Positions 53,644 through 63,137 of a stretch of DNA of 64,000 nucleotides are shown here, piece after piece. Position numbers and translations under genes: made by a program. The first letter of the stretch is position 1, and each line of letters opens with the position of its first letter. Source of the stretch: Escherichia phage vB_EcoM_EC001. Below the pieces are notes generated by a model that searched no databases, was not told where the DNA came from, and worked only from the letters and a program-made list of their open reading frames with translations. The DNA is taken from sequence record MN445185.1; one strand, given 5' to 3'.

Positions 53644-54441
53644 ATGTCTTTTACTTCAAAACAGAATCTGCTAAAACTCATCAACGAAGAGAATAAGATA
53701 AGCCCACCGCTTACCTTTGACGATGTTGATATCGGACTGCCGGAGGTTGTGTCAGTAGACGGTCGTGATTCGGAGGTGGTACTAACCTCGAAAATGCGCG
53801 GTGATGAAGGTACGCAAGTGATTGTGGACTACCATCGTCGTCCATTAGAGGACTACCTTACAGGCGATGTTGCCTTTGGCGATGAAGATGTGCATACCAC
53901 GCACGACTTACTCGCGGCGATTAACGAGCGTTTTAATCTGTCTATCTTACCTGAGGATATCGAAGATAACCCCATTGAAGGACAGACGCACACAGTCGTT
54001 GCTGTTGAAACTTCCCACGAGTGGAGAAGTCAAGCGGTCATCGAGCTGAAACCTGCTACACCTCTGGCAGAAGTAATAACCAATACAGAGTTGAGCGGTC
54101 TTCTGTACCCGGATCACCAGGACATCCAGTTGGGTCAGGCGTATATCTATTCGCGCGACATCGATTGTAGCCACATCTCTCGTTTCCTGAGCCTCTTAGC
54201 GGTCGGTATCGAAGTAGATGACACGGCGTTAGCAATCGAACTCAACAAATGTGTTCCTGAGATTTGGGTGGCTGAAGATACCCCATCCCCGTATAACTTG
54301 CGTGGTGCTACTGTCGTATTCGACGGCGTACCTGCAGACTTACCGGGAGCAAATACGGCGTTCGCGAAAGTCGTGTCAGTGCAACTGACCGATAAATGTA
54401 CGAACTTCCAGGGCAGCCTCAACTTACACTTTAACAACTAG
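53644..54441 (+). CDS. paralogue-family protein P1 (N-module A + LHYN-type C-module)
   Basis: shares N-terminal pattern and C-terminal CTNFQGSLNLHFNN with neighbours. Confidence 0.6.
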   Translation: MSFTSKQNLLKLINEENKISPPLTFDDVDIGLPEVVSVDGRDSEVVLTSKMRGDEGTQVIVDYHRRPLEDYLTGDVAFGDEDVHTTHDLLAAINERFNLSILPEDIEDNPIEGQTHTVVAVETSHEWRSQAVIELKPATPLAEVITNTELSGLLYPDHQDIQLGQAYIYSRDIDCSHISRFLSLLAVGIEVDDTALAIELNKCVPEIWVAEDTPSPYNLRGATVVFDGVPADLPGANTAFAKVVSVQLTDKCTNFQGSLNLHFNN

Positions 54442-54451
54442 GAGGGTATAG

Positions 54452-55294
54452 GTGTCTATTTACGATAAGCCCTCGAAAGAGATGTTGTTAGATGCTATTA
54501 ACCGACAGAACGGATTAACGGCCAATCCACTCACATGGGAGCAGGTTGCAACTGGCTTCCCTGAGTCTGTCCAAACGCCTGGCGCTGACCGGAATACACG
54601 TGTACTCTTATACGGGTTGAACGGCAAGGGCTACAAAGGCAACGTTACGCTCGAATACGACCGTATCGAAATGGAAATTCTGTTCAGGAACGTAATACCG
54701 GTAGTCGTTGCCGACCCGGTAAATAAACTCTCTGAGTTGTTGCCGTTTCTGAATGCGAAATACGGCTTGTCTTTAGTTGCCGATGATATCGTTGACCAGT
54801 CAGTAAAAGATTTGGGAGAAAGCTGGTTAATCGATGTGACTATTAAGCCCGGTTGCTTGGCCTGGCAAGGTGGTTTCCGTTTACGCTTTGCGAAGTTCTT
54901 CCCGAACCTGGCGGATGTGGTGACGGATGTTGACCTCAGCGCAATTATCGCACCGTTCGTGGTTGCTAGTAAACCGCAGGCTGAATATGTGGCGTATGGT
55001 TACGATTGGACTGAACTGCAAAAACAGTTCACTACCGATTGGGCTTACAACCGTGCAATCACTGCAGCGGATGTTGAGTTGTTGAATGAAGTGGTGCCAT
55101 TAAAGTTTGCATATGTGACGGGGGCGAATGCGCAACCTGAACAAATTGCACTCCAAGGTGCACGATTTATGGGGATAACTTCAGTCACACCGAACGATAG
55201 TTACAACCCCGATTATCAGCGTGTGGCGATTATCAAGCTAGCTGCGGACAGCAACTACGCCGGTAATCTCATCCTTCATTATCTCCCGATATAA
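54452..55294 (+). CDS. paralogue-family protein P2
   Basis: AGGAGGG ribosome-binding site, GTG start; NRQNGL ... LNAKYGLSL ... NLILHY. Confidence 0.6.
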   Translation: MSIYDKPSKEMLLDAINRQNGLTANPLTWEQVATGFPESVQTPGADRNTRVLLYGLNGKGYKGNVTLEYDRIEMEILFRNVIPVVVADPVNKLSELLPFLNAKYGLSLVADDIVDQSVKDLGESWLIDVTIKPGCLAWQGGFRLRFAKFFPNLADVVTDVDLSAIIAPFVVASKPQAEYVAYGYDWTELQKQFTTDWAYNRAITAADVELLNEVVPLKFAYVTGANAQPEQIALQGARFMGITSVTPNDSYNPDYQRVAIIKLAADSNYAGNLILHYLPI

Positions 55295-55304
55295 GGATTT
55301 TGAC

Positions 55305-56150
55305 ATGCCACTTTTAGCCACAGCTGAAAAGATTATTATCGCGGAGGTTAACGTCGAAAACAATCTCGACTTAAAAGTCGAGGATGTTGTTTTTGGTGTC
55401 CCTGCGATTCCAACGTCTGACGAAGACTTGGCAAAAGCTAACGGTCACAACGCGATGGTGCGTATTCAGGCATTGGCCACGGCTAATGCTATCGGTGCCA
55501 CTACCGTGTACTACGATCGTGTTGACTTCGCAGACATGTTTACCGATCCGGACGGGATTCAACCTTTACGTGTTCCTGCACGTCTCGATGCTGTTTACCA
55601 GATGCATGACGTGGTCGGGTTAATTAACCAGTATTACGGTCTCAGCCTTAAACCTGCAGATGTGGTGAATACCGAAATCGACAGGAAGACATGGCGTGTG
55701 GATCTGATTGCCACGCCCTCTTCTTTAGGTTGGATAGGGCAACAACAGGTACAGCTGTTACCAGGCGATGCGTTGCTTCCTGCAAACTTCGAACCCTTAA
55801 CAGTGATGCCTTACGAGTATCCGTATTTCAACATCAAGGTCGGTCAAGGTGCAGTTTATTCGTATCCCTGGCGCTTTGATAATTTCGCGGAGGAATTTCA
55901 ACGACTAGGTGCTGCGATAACCACAGAACGTCTGGCACAGATTCTCAAAACGGTCACCGGTGATAACTGGACAACATACCGTAACCCTATCGACTTTAAC
56001 CTTCGTGAAGCCGTCGTCGTCTATAACGGGCGTAACAAAGCGGAATTACCAACCAACCCAGCAGTCGACAACGTGCTGATTGTGGAGCTGTCGTTGTACT
56101 GTCTGAATTTTGGCGGGCGTTTGTATTTGCATTACAACGACCCTGATTAA
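55305..56150 (+). CDS. paralogue-family protein P3
   Basis: TTVYYDRVDFADMF, LINQYYGLSL, LYCLNFGGRLYLHYN. Confidence 0.6.
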   Translation: MPLLATAEKIIIAEVNVENNLDLKVEDVVFGVPAIPTSDEDLAKANGHNAMVRIQALATANAIGATTVYYDRVDFADMFTDPDGIQPLRVPARLDAVYQMHDVVGLINQYYGLSLKPADVVNTEIDRKTWRVDLIATPSSLGWIGQQQVQLLPGDALLPANFEPLTVMPYEYPYFNIKVGQGAVYSYPWRFDNFAEEFQRLGAAITTERLAQILKTVTGDNWTTYRNPIDFNLREAVVVYNGRNKAELPTNPAVDNVLIVELSLYCLNFGGRLYLHYNDPD

Positions 56151-56171
56151 TCCTGAGTAAAGGAAGTAAGA

Positions 56172-57083
56172 ATGAAACCTTTAAACAAAACGTCCGATAA
56201 GCTGGTTCTGGATTTTATTAATGAGAAAAACCCAGACGCAGAACTGGAACTTTCTAAAATAACGCTCGGCACACCGACCCCTATTACCGATGAAGGTGCT
56301 GATCGCAATACCAGCATGACCCTGACTGCGAAAAAGAACTCCGGGTACATCGGTACTCAGGACGTGACTTATAATCGCCTGGAAGGCGGTGCGCTGTTCC
56401 GTAATGTAACCGCATACCTCGACGTTAAACTGCCGAAAACCACCACCGACCTGCTGACGACCCTGAACACCCAATACGGATTGAAGCTGACCGAAGACGA
56501 TATCGTTCCGGCGGCTATTCCGGAAAATACCAACCCGCCGCTGACTAACCCGAACGATCCGGACCCAGCACCGGTTGACCACGTCATTACCTTCAAAGAA
56601 GACTGCTACGCTTATCTGGGCAGCATCCCGGTTAAAATCGGTGCTAAGCCTCAGGTTGGTGAACGTCTGAGTCTGGTGGTAACACAAACCAAGCTCGACG
56701 GCTTGGTTTACCCAGATGGTCCAAGCGAAGCGAAGGGTCAGGGCTACATCTACTCTTACGGTGTAGACTGCACAGCAATCGCAGCATTCCTGAAAGTACA
56801 GGCGAAAGGTGTTATCGCTGGCGACTCTGCATTCCCGGTTGAGCTGAATAAAGTTGTGCCGGAACTGTGGGTTGCATCTGATGAGCCTGCGGATTATAAC
56901 CTGAAAGGCGCTAACGTGTTGTACGTTGGTTCTACTACTGACGATGGCACTGCTTCAGGCGACGAACCTAAGAAACCGGTTGAAGGTGCAAACACTGCTT
57001 ACAACCAGGTTCTGCTGCTGCAGCTGGATGACACTCTGTGCACCAACTTCCAGGGTATCATGTACCTGCACTTTAATGCCTAA
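56172..57083 (+). CDS. paralogue-family protein P4, the strongly codon-optimised (likely most abundant) member
   Basis: AAAGGAAG ribosome-binding site; heavy optimal-codon bias; CTNFQGIMYLHFNA; own terminator downstream. Confidence 0.65.
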   Translation: MKPLNKTSDKLVLDFINEKNPDAELELSKITLGTPTPITDEGADRNTSMTLTAKKNSGYIGTQDVTYNRLEGGALFRNVTAYLDVKLPKTTTDLLTTLNTQYGLKLTEDDIVPAAIPENTNPPLTNPNDPDPAPVDHVITFKEDCYAYLGSIPVKIGAKPQVGERLSLVVTQTKLDGLVYPDGPSEAKGQGYIYSYGVDCTAIAAFLKVQAKGVIAGDSAFPVELNKVVPELWVASDEPADYNLKGANVLYVGSTTDDGTASGDEPKKPVEGANTAYNQVLLLQLDDTLCTNFQGIMYLHFNA

Positions 57084-57096
57084 TTAGGCCTCGCTG

Positions 57097-57137
57097 GGAG
57101 GAGGAAATCCTCCTCCTGGCTACTCCTTTCTTTTTTG
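57097..57137 (+). terminator. rho-independent terminator
   Basis: GAGGAGG-AAAT-CCTCCTC then CTGGCTACTCCTTTCTTTTTTGG. Confidence 0.7.
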
Positions 57138-57152
57138 GCCGAGGAGGCTATT

Positions 57153-57992
57153 ATGGCTTTATATAGTCTGTCTCAGCGACAATATCTGTACGATGCGATT
57201 AATGCCGAAAACCCGGATGCTGTGCTACCGATGGGTTTAGACAATGCTATCATCGGCACGCCGAAAGCAATCACACCGACAGCAAGCGGTGCCAATACTG
57301 AGATTATCATTCGTGGTCGTCAAGGTCGTGGCTATATCGGTCCTCAGACGTTCCGTTATAAGCGCTTGTCGCTGAACGACTTATTTAAGAACATGACACC
57401 TCAGGTAACTGCACCGAATGCCTACGGTTGGTTGAACGTGGAGTCGAAACGTACTGCGTTTGCGCAGAACCTGAACGGTCGTTATGGATTAAACCTGGTT
57501 GCAGATGATATCCCAGAACAATACGTTTATCTGAACGTAAACAACACGATGCGTATTAACGCTAGCTGTATCCAATACACTGGCAGCATCACCTTTATGT
57601 CTATCCGGGGTAAGAATAGCCTCGAAGACCTCGTGGTAAACGACATCTTGTTGGCTTTGAACCACCCTGCAGCAGCAAGCACTGGTAAGAAATACATGGG
57701 CTTCTTGACGTACGGGGAAGACTTTACTGACGAAGTGCAGGTTATGGCCTCGTTTAAGAACGGGCGAATGGACGTAGGAAGTAACTTTGATTTGGGTTAC
57801 ACGTCCAATCTGATGGCCACATTGGTCGCACGTGGGGTACCGTCGTTTGATCCGACGAACTGCACAATTACCCGCTACAAAACGAGTGAGTTGGCGACCG
57901 CCAATAAAGCGTACGATAACGTATTGCTGATTACCGGCATTCAGAACGACCCGAAAGTAATCGGCGAGTGTATGTTGCACTACAACAACTAG
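57153..57992 (+). CDS. paralogue-family protein P5
   Basis: GAGGAGG ribosome-binding site, ATG 57153; LNGRYGLNLVADDI; ECMLHYNN. Confidence 0.6.
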   Translation: MALYSLSQRQYLYDAINAENPDAVLPMGLDNAIIGTPKAITPTASGANTEIIIRGRQGRGYIGPQTFRYKRLSLNDLFKNMTPQVTAPNAYGWLNVESKRTAFAQNLNGRYGLNLVADDIPEQYVYLNVNNTMRINASCIQYTGSITFMSIRGKNSLEDLVVNDILLALNHPAAASTGKKYMGFLTYGEDFTDEVQVMASFKNGRMDVGSNFDLGYTSNLMATLVARGVPSFDPTNCTITRYKTSELATANKAYDNVLLITGIQNDPKVIGECMLHYNN

Positions 57993-58002
57993 GAATTAGC
58001 GA

Positions 58003-58890
58003 ATGGCTATTTATCAACCTTCTAAAGACGTCCTGTTGGCAGCAGTGAACGCACAGAACTCGCTTGCTGTTAAGATGACTGACATCATCTGGTCCTCGCC
58101 AAAGGACATCCGTGGTACGGAGAAGGAAACGCTGACTAACCGTAACACGCAAATTAAAATTACGGCAGATGGGGTAACGGGCTCTACCTGGTCGGGTAAG
58201 AAAAATGTCTTCTACAACCGCATGAAAGTCGAAGACTTGTTAGTGCTGATCGGTGACACGTTGGCGATCGGCCCATCCAACGAAACCTTGTATGCGGCCA
58301 TTCCTGGACTGAACCAACGTTACGGTTTTGTTCTGGAAGAAGCTGACCTGCAGGACGCAGATATCGAATGGAACGGTGATAAGACCGAAGGAACTGTGCG
58401 CGTTGTTGCACATCCGGAGTCTATCGGTTGGGTTGGACAGGCGACATTTAAAGTCGTGAAAGGTGATGAGTCGTTAGTCTCTGCAGTCACCACTAACGTC
58501 CTGACCGGTCTGAAATACCCGAACGGTCAGATGGGTTCCGAAAATGTTACTGCGGTCATTGCAGAGGTTTATTCCTACCCGTACAACTTCACCAAATACC
58601 GTGATACTCTGCTGGCATACACGCCAGGTATTCTGTCCGGACAGCCGTTGACGGATATGGTTAACATGCTGAAATATATTACGGGTACGGCATGGGTAGC
58701 GACCACCTCCGCTTCCTACGGTTTGGCGGGTGCGGAGGTTATCAGCGTTGGTCTGAATGACCCTGTTGCAATGCCGACAAACGCGAAGTACAAGTATGCG
58801 CTGGTGTTGAAACTGCCTGTTACCTGTACCACCATCGTCGGAACGTTGTATCTCCAGTTCAACGATCTGGACGATCCAAGCGAGGTATAA
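58003..58890 (+). CDS. paralogue-family protein P6
   Basis: LNQRYGFVL; CTTIVGTLYLQFND. Confidence 0.6.
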   Translation: MAIYQPSKDVLLAAVNAQNSLAVKMTDIIWSSPKDIRGTEKETLTNRNTQIKITADGVTGSTWSGKKNVFYNRMKVEDLLVLIGDTLAIGPSNETLYAAIPGLNQRYGFVLEEADLQDADIEWNGDKTEGTVRVVAHPESIGWVGQATFKVVKGDESLVSAVTTNVLTGLKYPNGQMGSENVTAVIAEVYSYPYNFTKYRDTLLAYTPGILSGQPLTDMVNMLKYITGTAWVATTSASYGLAGAEVISVGLNDPVAMPTNAKYKYALVLKLPVTCTTIVGTLYLQFNDLDDPSEV

Positions 58891-58893
58891 TTG

Positions 58894-59721
58894 ATGATCA
58901 ACTATGCTAAGCCGTCAAACGAGTTGGTCTTTGACCTCATTAACCGGGATAACCCAAACCTACCTATTAAAGCGTCGCCGGCAAACTGCTACGTGGAGAA
59001 AGTGACGCAGGTTCCCGTTAATGCAGCTTCCAACAACCGCAATACGTCGGCACGCTTGCGCGGTATTCAGGGTTCCGGATTTCGAGACGCAATCACCGTT
59101 TACTACGACCGTGTGAACTTAGCGCGGTTATTGCCGTGGGGTCCTTCTGTTCAGGCGCAGTTCGTCACGTTTGACGCGCCCAACCTCCACTCAGCCTTTT
59201 CGGTGCTCTTGGATACTTACGGAGTAAACTTCTCTGCAATCGATATCTATAACCTCCCACTGGCGGGTCCCAATACCCCAAATTACACCAATACACAGAA
59301 CATCGTAGCGCTATCGACATCTCCGGCTTATATCGGTTCTGCGACGTTGCGTTATAACCGTGGTTTACCGGTACTAGATACTTCGGTGAAAACGGATGTC
59401 TTGAATGCGATTCAAGAGCCTATTTCACCGTCTCTCGGTAAGAAGTGTATTGATTTGTTGACGTACGGTATTGACTTTACCGCGTATAAAAACCTACTGA
59501 CAGTAGATGCTTCTGGCCTACCGCAGTGGGCTGGTTTGCGTAAGGTGTTGGATGACCTGGGTATTCCGAACTACGCGGGGCCACTGAACAGTAACACCGT
59601 TCAGGATGTGCCGACATCCACCGCTCAGTTCGCTAACAAATCGTACGACCGCGTGGTTGTCCAAACGGGTATCGATGAGGAAGGCGTGAAAGGCGTGGCG
59701 TACTACCACTATAACAGCTAA
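58894..59721 (+). CDS. paralogue-family protein P7
   Basis: ITVYYDRVNLARLL; GVAYYHYNS. Confidence 0.6.
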   Translation: MINYAKPSNELVFDLINRDNPNLPIKASPANCYVEKVTQVPVNAASNNRNTSARLRGIQGSGFRDAITVYYDRVNLARLLPWGPSVQAQFVTFDAPNLHSAFSVLLDTYGVNFSAIDIYNLPLAGPNTPNYTNTQNIVALSTSPAYIGSATLRYNRGLPVLDTSVKTDVLNAIQEPISPSLGKKCIDLLTYGIDFTAYKNLLTVDASGLPQWAGLRKVLDDLGIPNYAGPLNSNTVQDVPTSTAQFANKSYDRVVVQTGIDEEGVKGVAYYHYNS

Positions 59722-59726
59722 GTGTA

Positions 59727-59752
59727 GGGGCTCTTCGGAGCCCCCTCTTTTG
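59727..59752 (+). terminator. rho-independent terminator (UUCG loop)
   Basis: GGGGCTC-TTCG-GAGCCCC then CTCTTTTGG. Confidence 0.7.
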
Positions 59753-59768
59753 GCGATGCGGAGTCCCT

Positions 59769-61181
59769 ATGCTATTTTACTCGAAGGAGTCGGCACTGCT
59801 TGTATACGACCAAGTCAATCGGGATAACCCTGATTTAGTTGTTAAGCTGACGCCGGCTATCGCTGCTTTAACCAGTGGCCCAACTTCAGTTACGTTAAAC
59901 CAACGTAACACCAAAGCTGTTTTCACCGGGTATCCAGGGACAGGTGTACAAGGTAATGTTACCGTGTACTACGACCGGATTAACCTGGCCTCTTTATTTA
60001 ATTTTGTGCCGACTGTGGCTATCAAAGATACAGTCTTAACGGTACGAGACGCGCTACCTGCAATAAACAACGCTTTGGGGCTTACATTAGTTGCTTCTGA
60101 TTTGCAGTCACCTGACGCAAGTTTACCTAAACCGAGCGCTTCGCCGCAGACGTTGAAATTAAATATCTCAGGTAATTGCCCTGCGTTTACAGGCAGCTTA
60201 ACGATACGTTATACCGTCCCGAGCGGTGCAATTTACCCCGATTCTGGACCTGGCCCTAAAACGTTGCTGCAAGGTAACACTATCGCGGGTTATTTCGGAA
60301 CAACCACAATTGCAGAGTTGTTTACACACTCTCAACTTCTTAATGCCACTATATCGGCCGGTGCGTTACCACCGGTACATTCTGGTGCCGAAGGTTGGTA
60401 CAAGTTCTTTTACCAGGGTAGGGTTATTTACCTTCCGATCAGTCCTGTCGCTAGCTCCATCTCCTGGAATACGTTATATACAAACGGACTCGTTTACGGA
60501 ACAGATGATAATGGTAAATACCCTGCGGCGACGCCCGTTAACCAGGGACGCATCATTAGCTTTACAGGCGCAGACAACAAAAGGTTTTACTTCCGTGTTC
60601 GTCTACCTAGTGCCGGGAAAGACCCATACGTCAGCGGCACCCCAACTGCCGCTGAGTTAGCAGGTAGTGAGTTTGAGATGTTCAACTTTCTGTATAATGG
60701 AACGTGGGACAAACCGATTAACAGTTACTGGACGCTGTTCTGTTTATTGAAAGATACACTGAAGACCAACGTCGCCAATCATCGCATGGCGACGTTGTCT
60801 GGAGCAAGTTGGACAAACTTAGAAAAATCATCGAGTGCGGGCAACTACTACTGGTTCCCGGTGCTGGAGTTGGTGGATAAGTCCACAGTTACCTTGGGTT
60901 TAGAAGATATCCATGGTGCGGTAGATTACAGTCTCCAACCGTGCAGCGTGTCCGCAGAAAACACATTTAGTCTCAAGCCGTTAGTGCTCGGTAATCCGGA
61001 TACTACCGATTTCGAACCGGTAGTTGTTACTTCAGAAAACAGTTTCGCACTGCATCCGCCTGCTTTAATGCTGCCGAAGACAGTCGACTTCCAACCTATT
61101 GCGGCTACCGCTGAAATGTATACGCCCCCTGACAAGACAACGTTAACGTCTCTTAACGGTGAACTGGACGGCTTTAAGTAG
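59769..61181 (+). CDS. paralogue-family protein P8: N-module A + GPGP/GYFG C-module B + C-terminal short repeats; fibre or receptor-binding candidate
   Basis: VTVYYDRINLASLF; YPDSGPGPKTLLQGNTIAGYFG; YYWFPVLELV; repeated xENxFxLxP...DFxP units. Confidence 0.6.
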   Translation: MLFYSKESALLVYDQVNRDNPDLVVKLTPAIAALTSGPTSVTLNQRNTKAVFTGYPGTGVQGNVTVYYDRINLASLFNFVPTVAIKDTVLTVRDALPAINNALGLTLVASDLQSPDASLPKPSASPQTLKLNISGNCPAFTGSLTIRYTVPSGAIYPDSGPGPKTLLQGNTIAGYFGTTTIAELFTHSQLLNATISAGALPPVHSGAEGWYKFFYQGRVIYLPISPVASSISWNTLYTNGLVYGTDDNGKYPAATPVNQGRIISFTGADNKRFYFRVRLPSAGKDPYVSGTPTAAELAGSEFEMFNFLYNGTWDKPINSYWTLFCLLKDTLKTNVANHRMATLSGASWTNLEKSSSAGNYYWFPVLELVDKSTVTLGLEDIHGAVDYSLQPCSVSAENTFSLKPLVLGNPDTTDFEPVVVTSENSFALHPPALMLPKTVDFQPIAATAEMYTPPDKTTLTSLNGELDGFK

Positions 61182-61192
61182 AGGTATCATCT

Positions 61193-62191
61193 ATGTCTTT
61201 TACTTTGCGTTGGAAAAATCCAAACGTAATCCCTACGGTAGTAAAAATCTACCGTGACGTTAAAGATATCACACCAAGCGCTTTGCCTGAACCGATTGCA
61301 ACGCTCTCAAATGGCGAGACAGAATGGCGTGATGCCACCGCCAAACCAGGCGCAATCTATTATTACCTTCTAACGGTAACCGCCAACGGTAAAACAGTAG
61401 CGTCGTCTAGCCAGAAATATACTGTTGAGGTAAAACGCGGGATAGGCCCAATGACTATTCTAAACGGTAACGACCGTTTAGGGTTTATGGGTGAGGTTCC
61501 TTACGACGAACAATGGCTTCCGTCGCAAATGCCACCTGCATTTTTGGCGATGTTCCCTAATCTATTAACCGATCGCGTGGCGTTGTATAAATTTACCCGA
61601 AACGGGAAGATCTATTACATGCTATCTAACACGTCGCAGTTCCCGAATACGCCTGTGGACTGGGCTTCCCTCTATCAAGCTGGTTTAGTCTATGGTACGG
61701 GCGATGCTGGCCCAGAGAACGGCCATGGAACGCTACCGGCCACTCCACAAGACGCTAAGATAGTCCACAAAGGGGATACGTACATCATGCGTCTTCCTCG
61801 CGGCCTGACGATGTCTAGCGAGCCTCCTGCGTATCCTTTCGTAGCTGACTATAATGGGAAAACCCATGATGAAATCGCTTCTCTAACCAACCCGTGTGAG
61901 TATAACGATTTACTTTACACGATGGTTAACGAGGTGCCGTGGAAACAGCGTTGGGCTAACTGGGCAACGAACAGTTATACTTTTCTGGGGCAGGGTACTT
62001 TGGGAACCTCGGCAACGTATTTCGGCGGTGGTGTTCTCTGTATGGAACACGACACCACGGAAGACCGTGTGCTCCATCGTGGTATTTTTAACAATGCCGG
62101 CGGAACACCCGTATCCGCGATTCAGCGTATAAACTATTTATCACCCACCACGAAAGGGCGTTACTACCCTATCTTTGAACTGGTCGAGTAA
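61193..62191 (+). CDS. fibronectin-III-like N-domain + C-module B protein P9
   Basis: AIYYYLLTVTANGKT; LNGNDRLGFMGEVPY; GLVYGTGDAGP; YYPIFELVE. Confidence 0.55.
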   Translation: MSFTLRWKNPNVIPTVVKIYRDVKDITPSALPEPIATLSNGETEWRDATAKPGAIYYYLLTVTANGKTVASSSQKYTVEVKRGIGPMTILNGNDRLGFMGEVPYDEQWLPSQMPPAFLAMFPNLLTDRVALYKFTRNGKIYYMLSNTSQFPNTPVDWASLYQAGLVYGTGDAGPENGHGTLPATPQDAKIVHKGDTYIMRLPRGLTMSSEPPAYPFVADYNGKTHDEIASLTNPCEYNDLLYTMVNEVPWKQRWANWATNSYTFLGQGTLGTSATYFGGGVLCMEHDTTEDRVLHRGIFNNAGGTPVSAIQRINYLSPTTKGRYYPIFELVE

Positions 62192-62200
62192 GGGGCAGTC

Positions 62201-63124
62201 ATGACTATACGGTTAAGCTGGCCGTCCCAAGCCAGCAAAGGTCTTACCGCGATTGAAATCTACCGCAAGGAAGGTTGGAACGCAACAATCGACGTTTACA
62301 ATCCAGGCGCACCCCACGCAACTTTATCGGGCAACGCGGTAGAGTTCGTAGATAATATCGATACCCTGACGAAGAACACAACCTATCGTTATTGGGTAGC
62401 TGCTGTGAAGGACAGTGAACGACTTATCGGCAATCCGATTACGCAAGGATTCTATCCGGACACCGGGCCGGGTCCGCAAACTATTTTGCGTGGTGACTGG
62501 GCTTCAGGTTATTTCGGTACAGTACCGAATACAGAGTTCTTTAATACTGCCGAGTTAAAACTCATGTTAACTGCGCAGCAGGGAAACATGTTTGTCTACG
62601 ACCCTCAGGAATGGCACAAGTTTATTTTCCGTGGGAGAATTGTCTTCTTCCCAGCGACGATGCATTCGAAAACCAACTCGGTACAAATGGCGTATCAGTA
62701 CGGTATGATGTACGGGACCGATGATGTCGGAAGTATTGTTCCGCAGGGAGCCACAGCGACTAAACAAGATTGTAAGGTCACGAAGGATGGTCGTACGTAC
62801 CGTATCCGATTACCTTACGCAGTCCCGTACGACGCTGTTCTCTCAGGACAGGATTACAACAACGGTGAATGGCGAAACACAATGGGCCGTTTGTATCCTG
62901 TCGCTGCACAGTTCGCAGCCCTCGGTCTTGGTGCGATTGACTCACTTGCAAGACAAGGCGCGACTGCGCAGCCGAATGAGTCAGGTGCCGCTGTATTAGC
63001 TCCTTTGTGGAGCAACAATATATTCGCTTATGCGTATGGCACCGTGCCTATGGGGATTAGTAACACCGCAGGTGTCGGGAACTCGGCCACGATATTCTTT
63101 GCTTTTGAATTAGTCTTACCGTAA
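62201..63124 (+). CDS. fibronectin-III-like N-domain + C-module B protein P10
   Basis: TTYRYWVAAV; YPDTGPGPQTILRGDWASGYFG; MMYGTDDVG; FFAFELVLP. Confidence 0.55.
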   Translation: MTIRLSWPSQASKGLTAIEIYRKEGWNATIDVYNPGAPHATLSGNAVEFVDNIDTLTKNTTYRYWVAAVKDSERLIGNPITQGFYPDTGPGPQTILRGDWASGYFGTVPNTEFFNTAELKLMLTAQQGNMFVYDPQEWHKFIFRGRIVFFPATMHSKTNSVQMAYQYGMMYGTDDVGSIVPQGATATKQDCKVTKDGRTYRIRLPYAVPYDAVLSGQDYNNGEWRNTMGRLYPVAAQFAALGLGAIDSLARQGATAQPNESGAAVLAPLWSNNIFAYAYGTVPMGISNTAGVGNSATIFFAFELVLP

Positions 63125-63137
63125 CGGAGTAAAAGCC

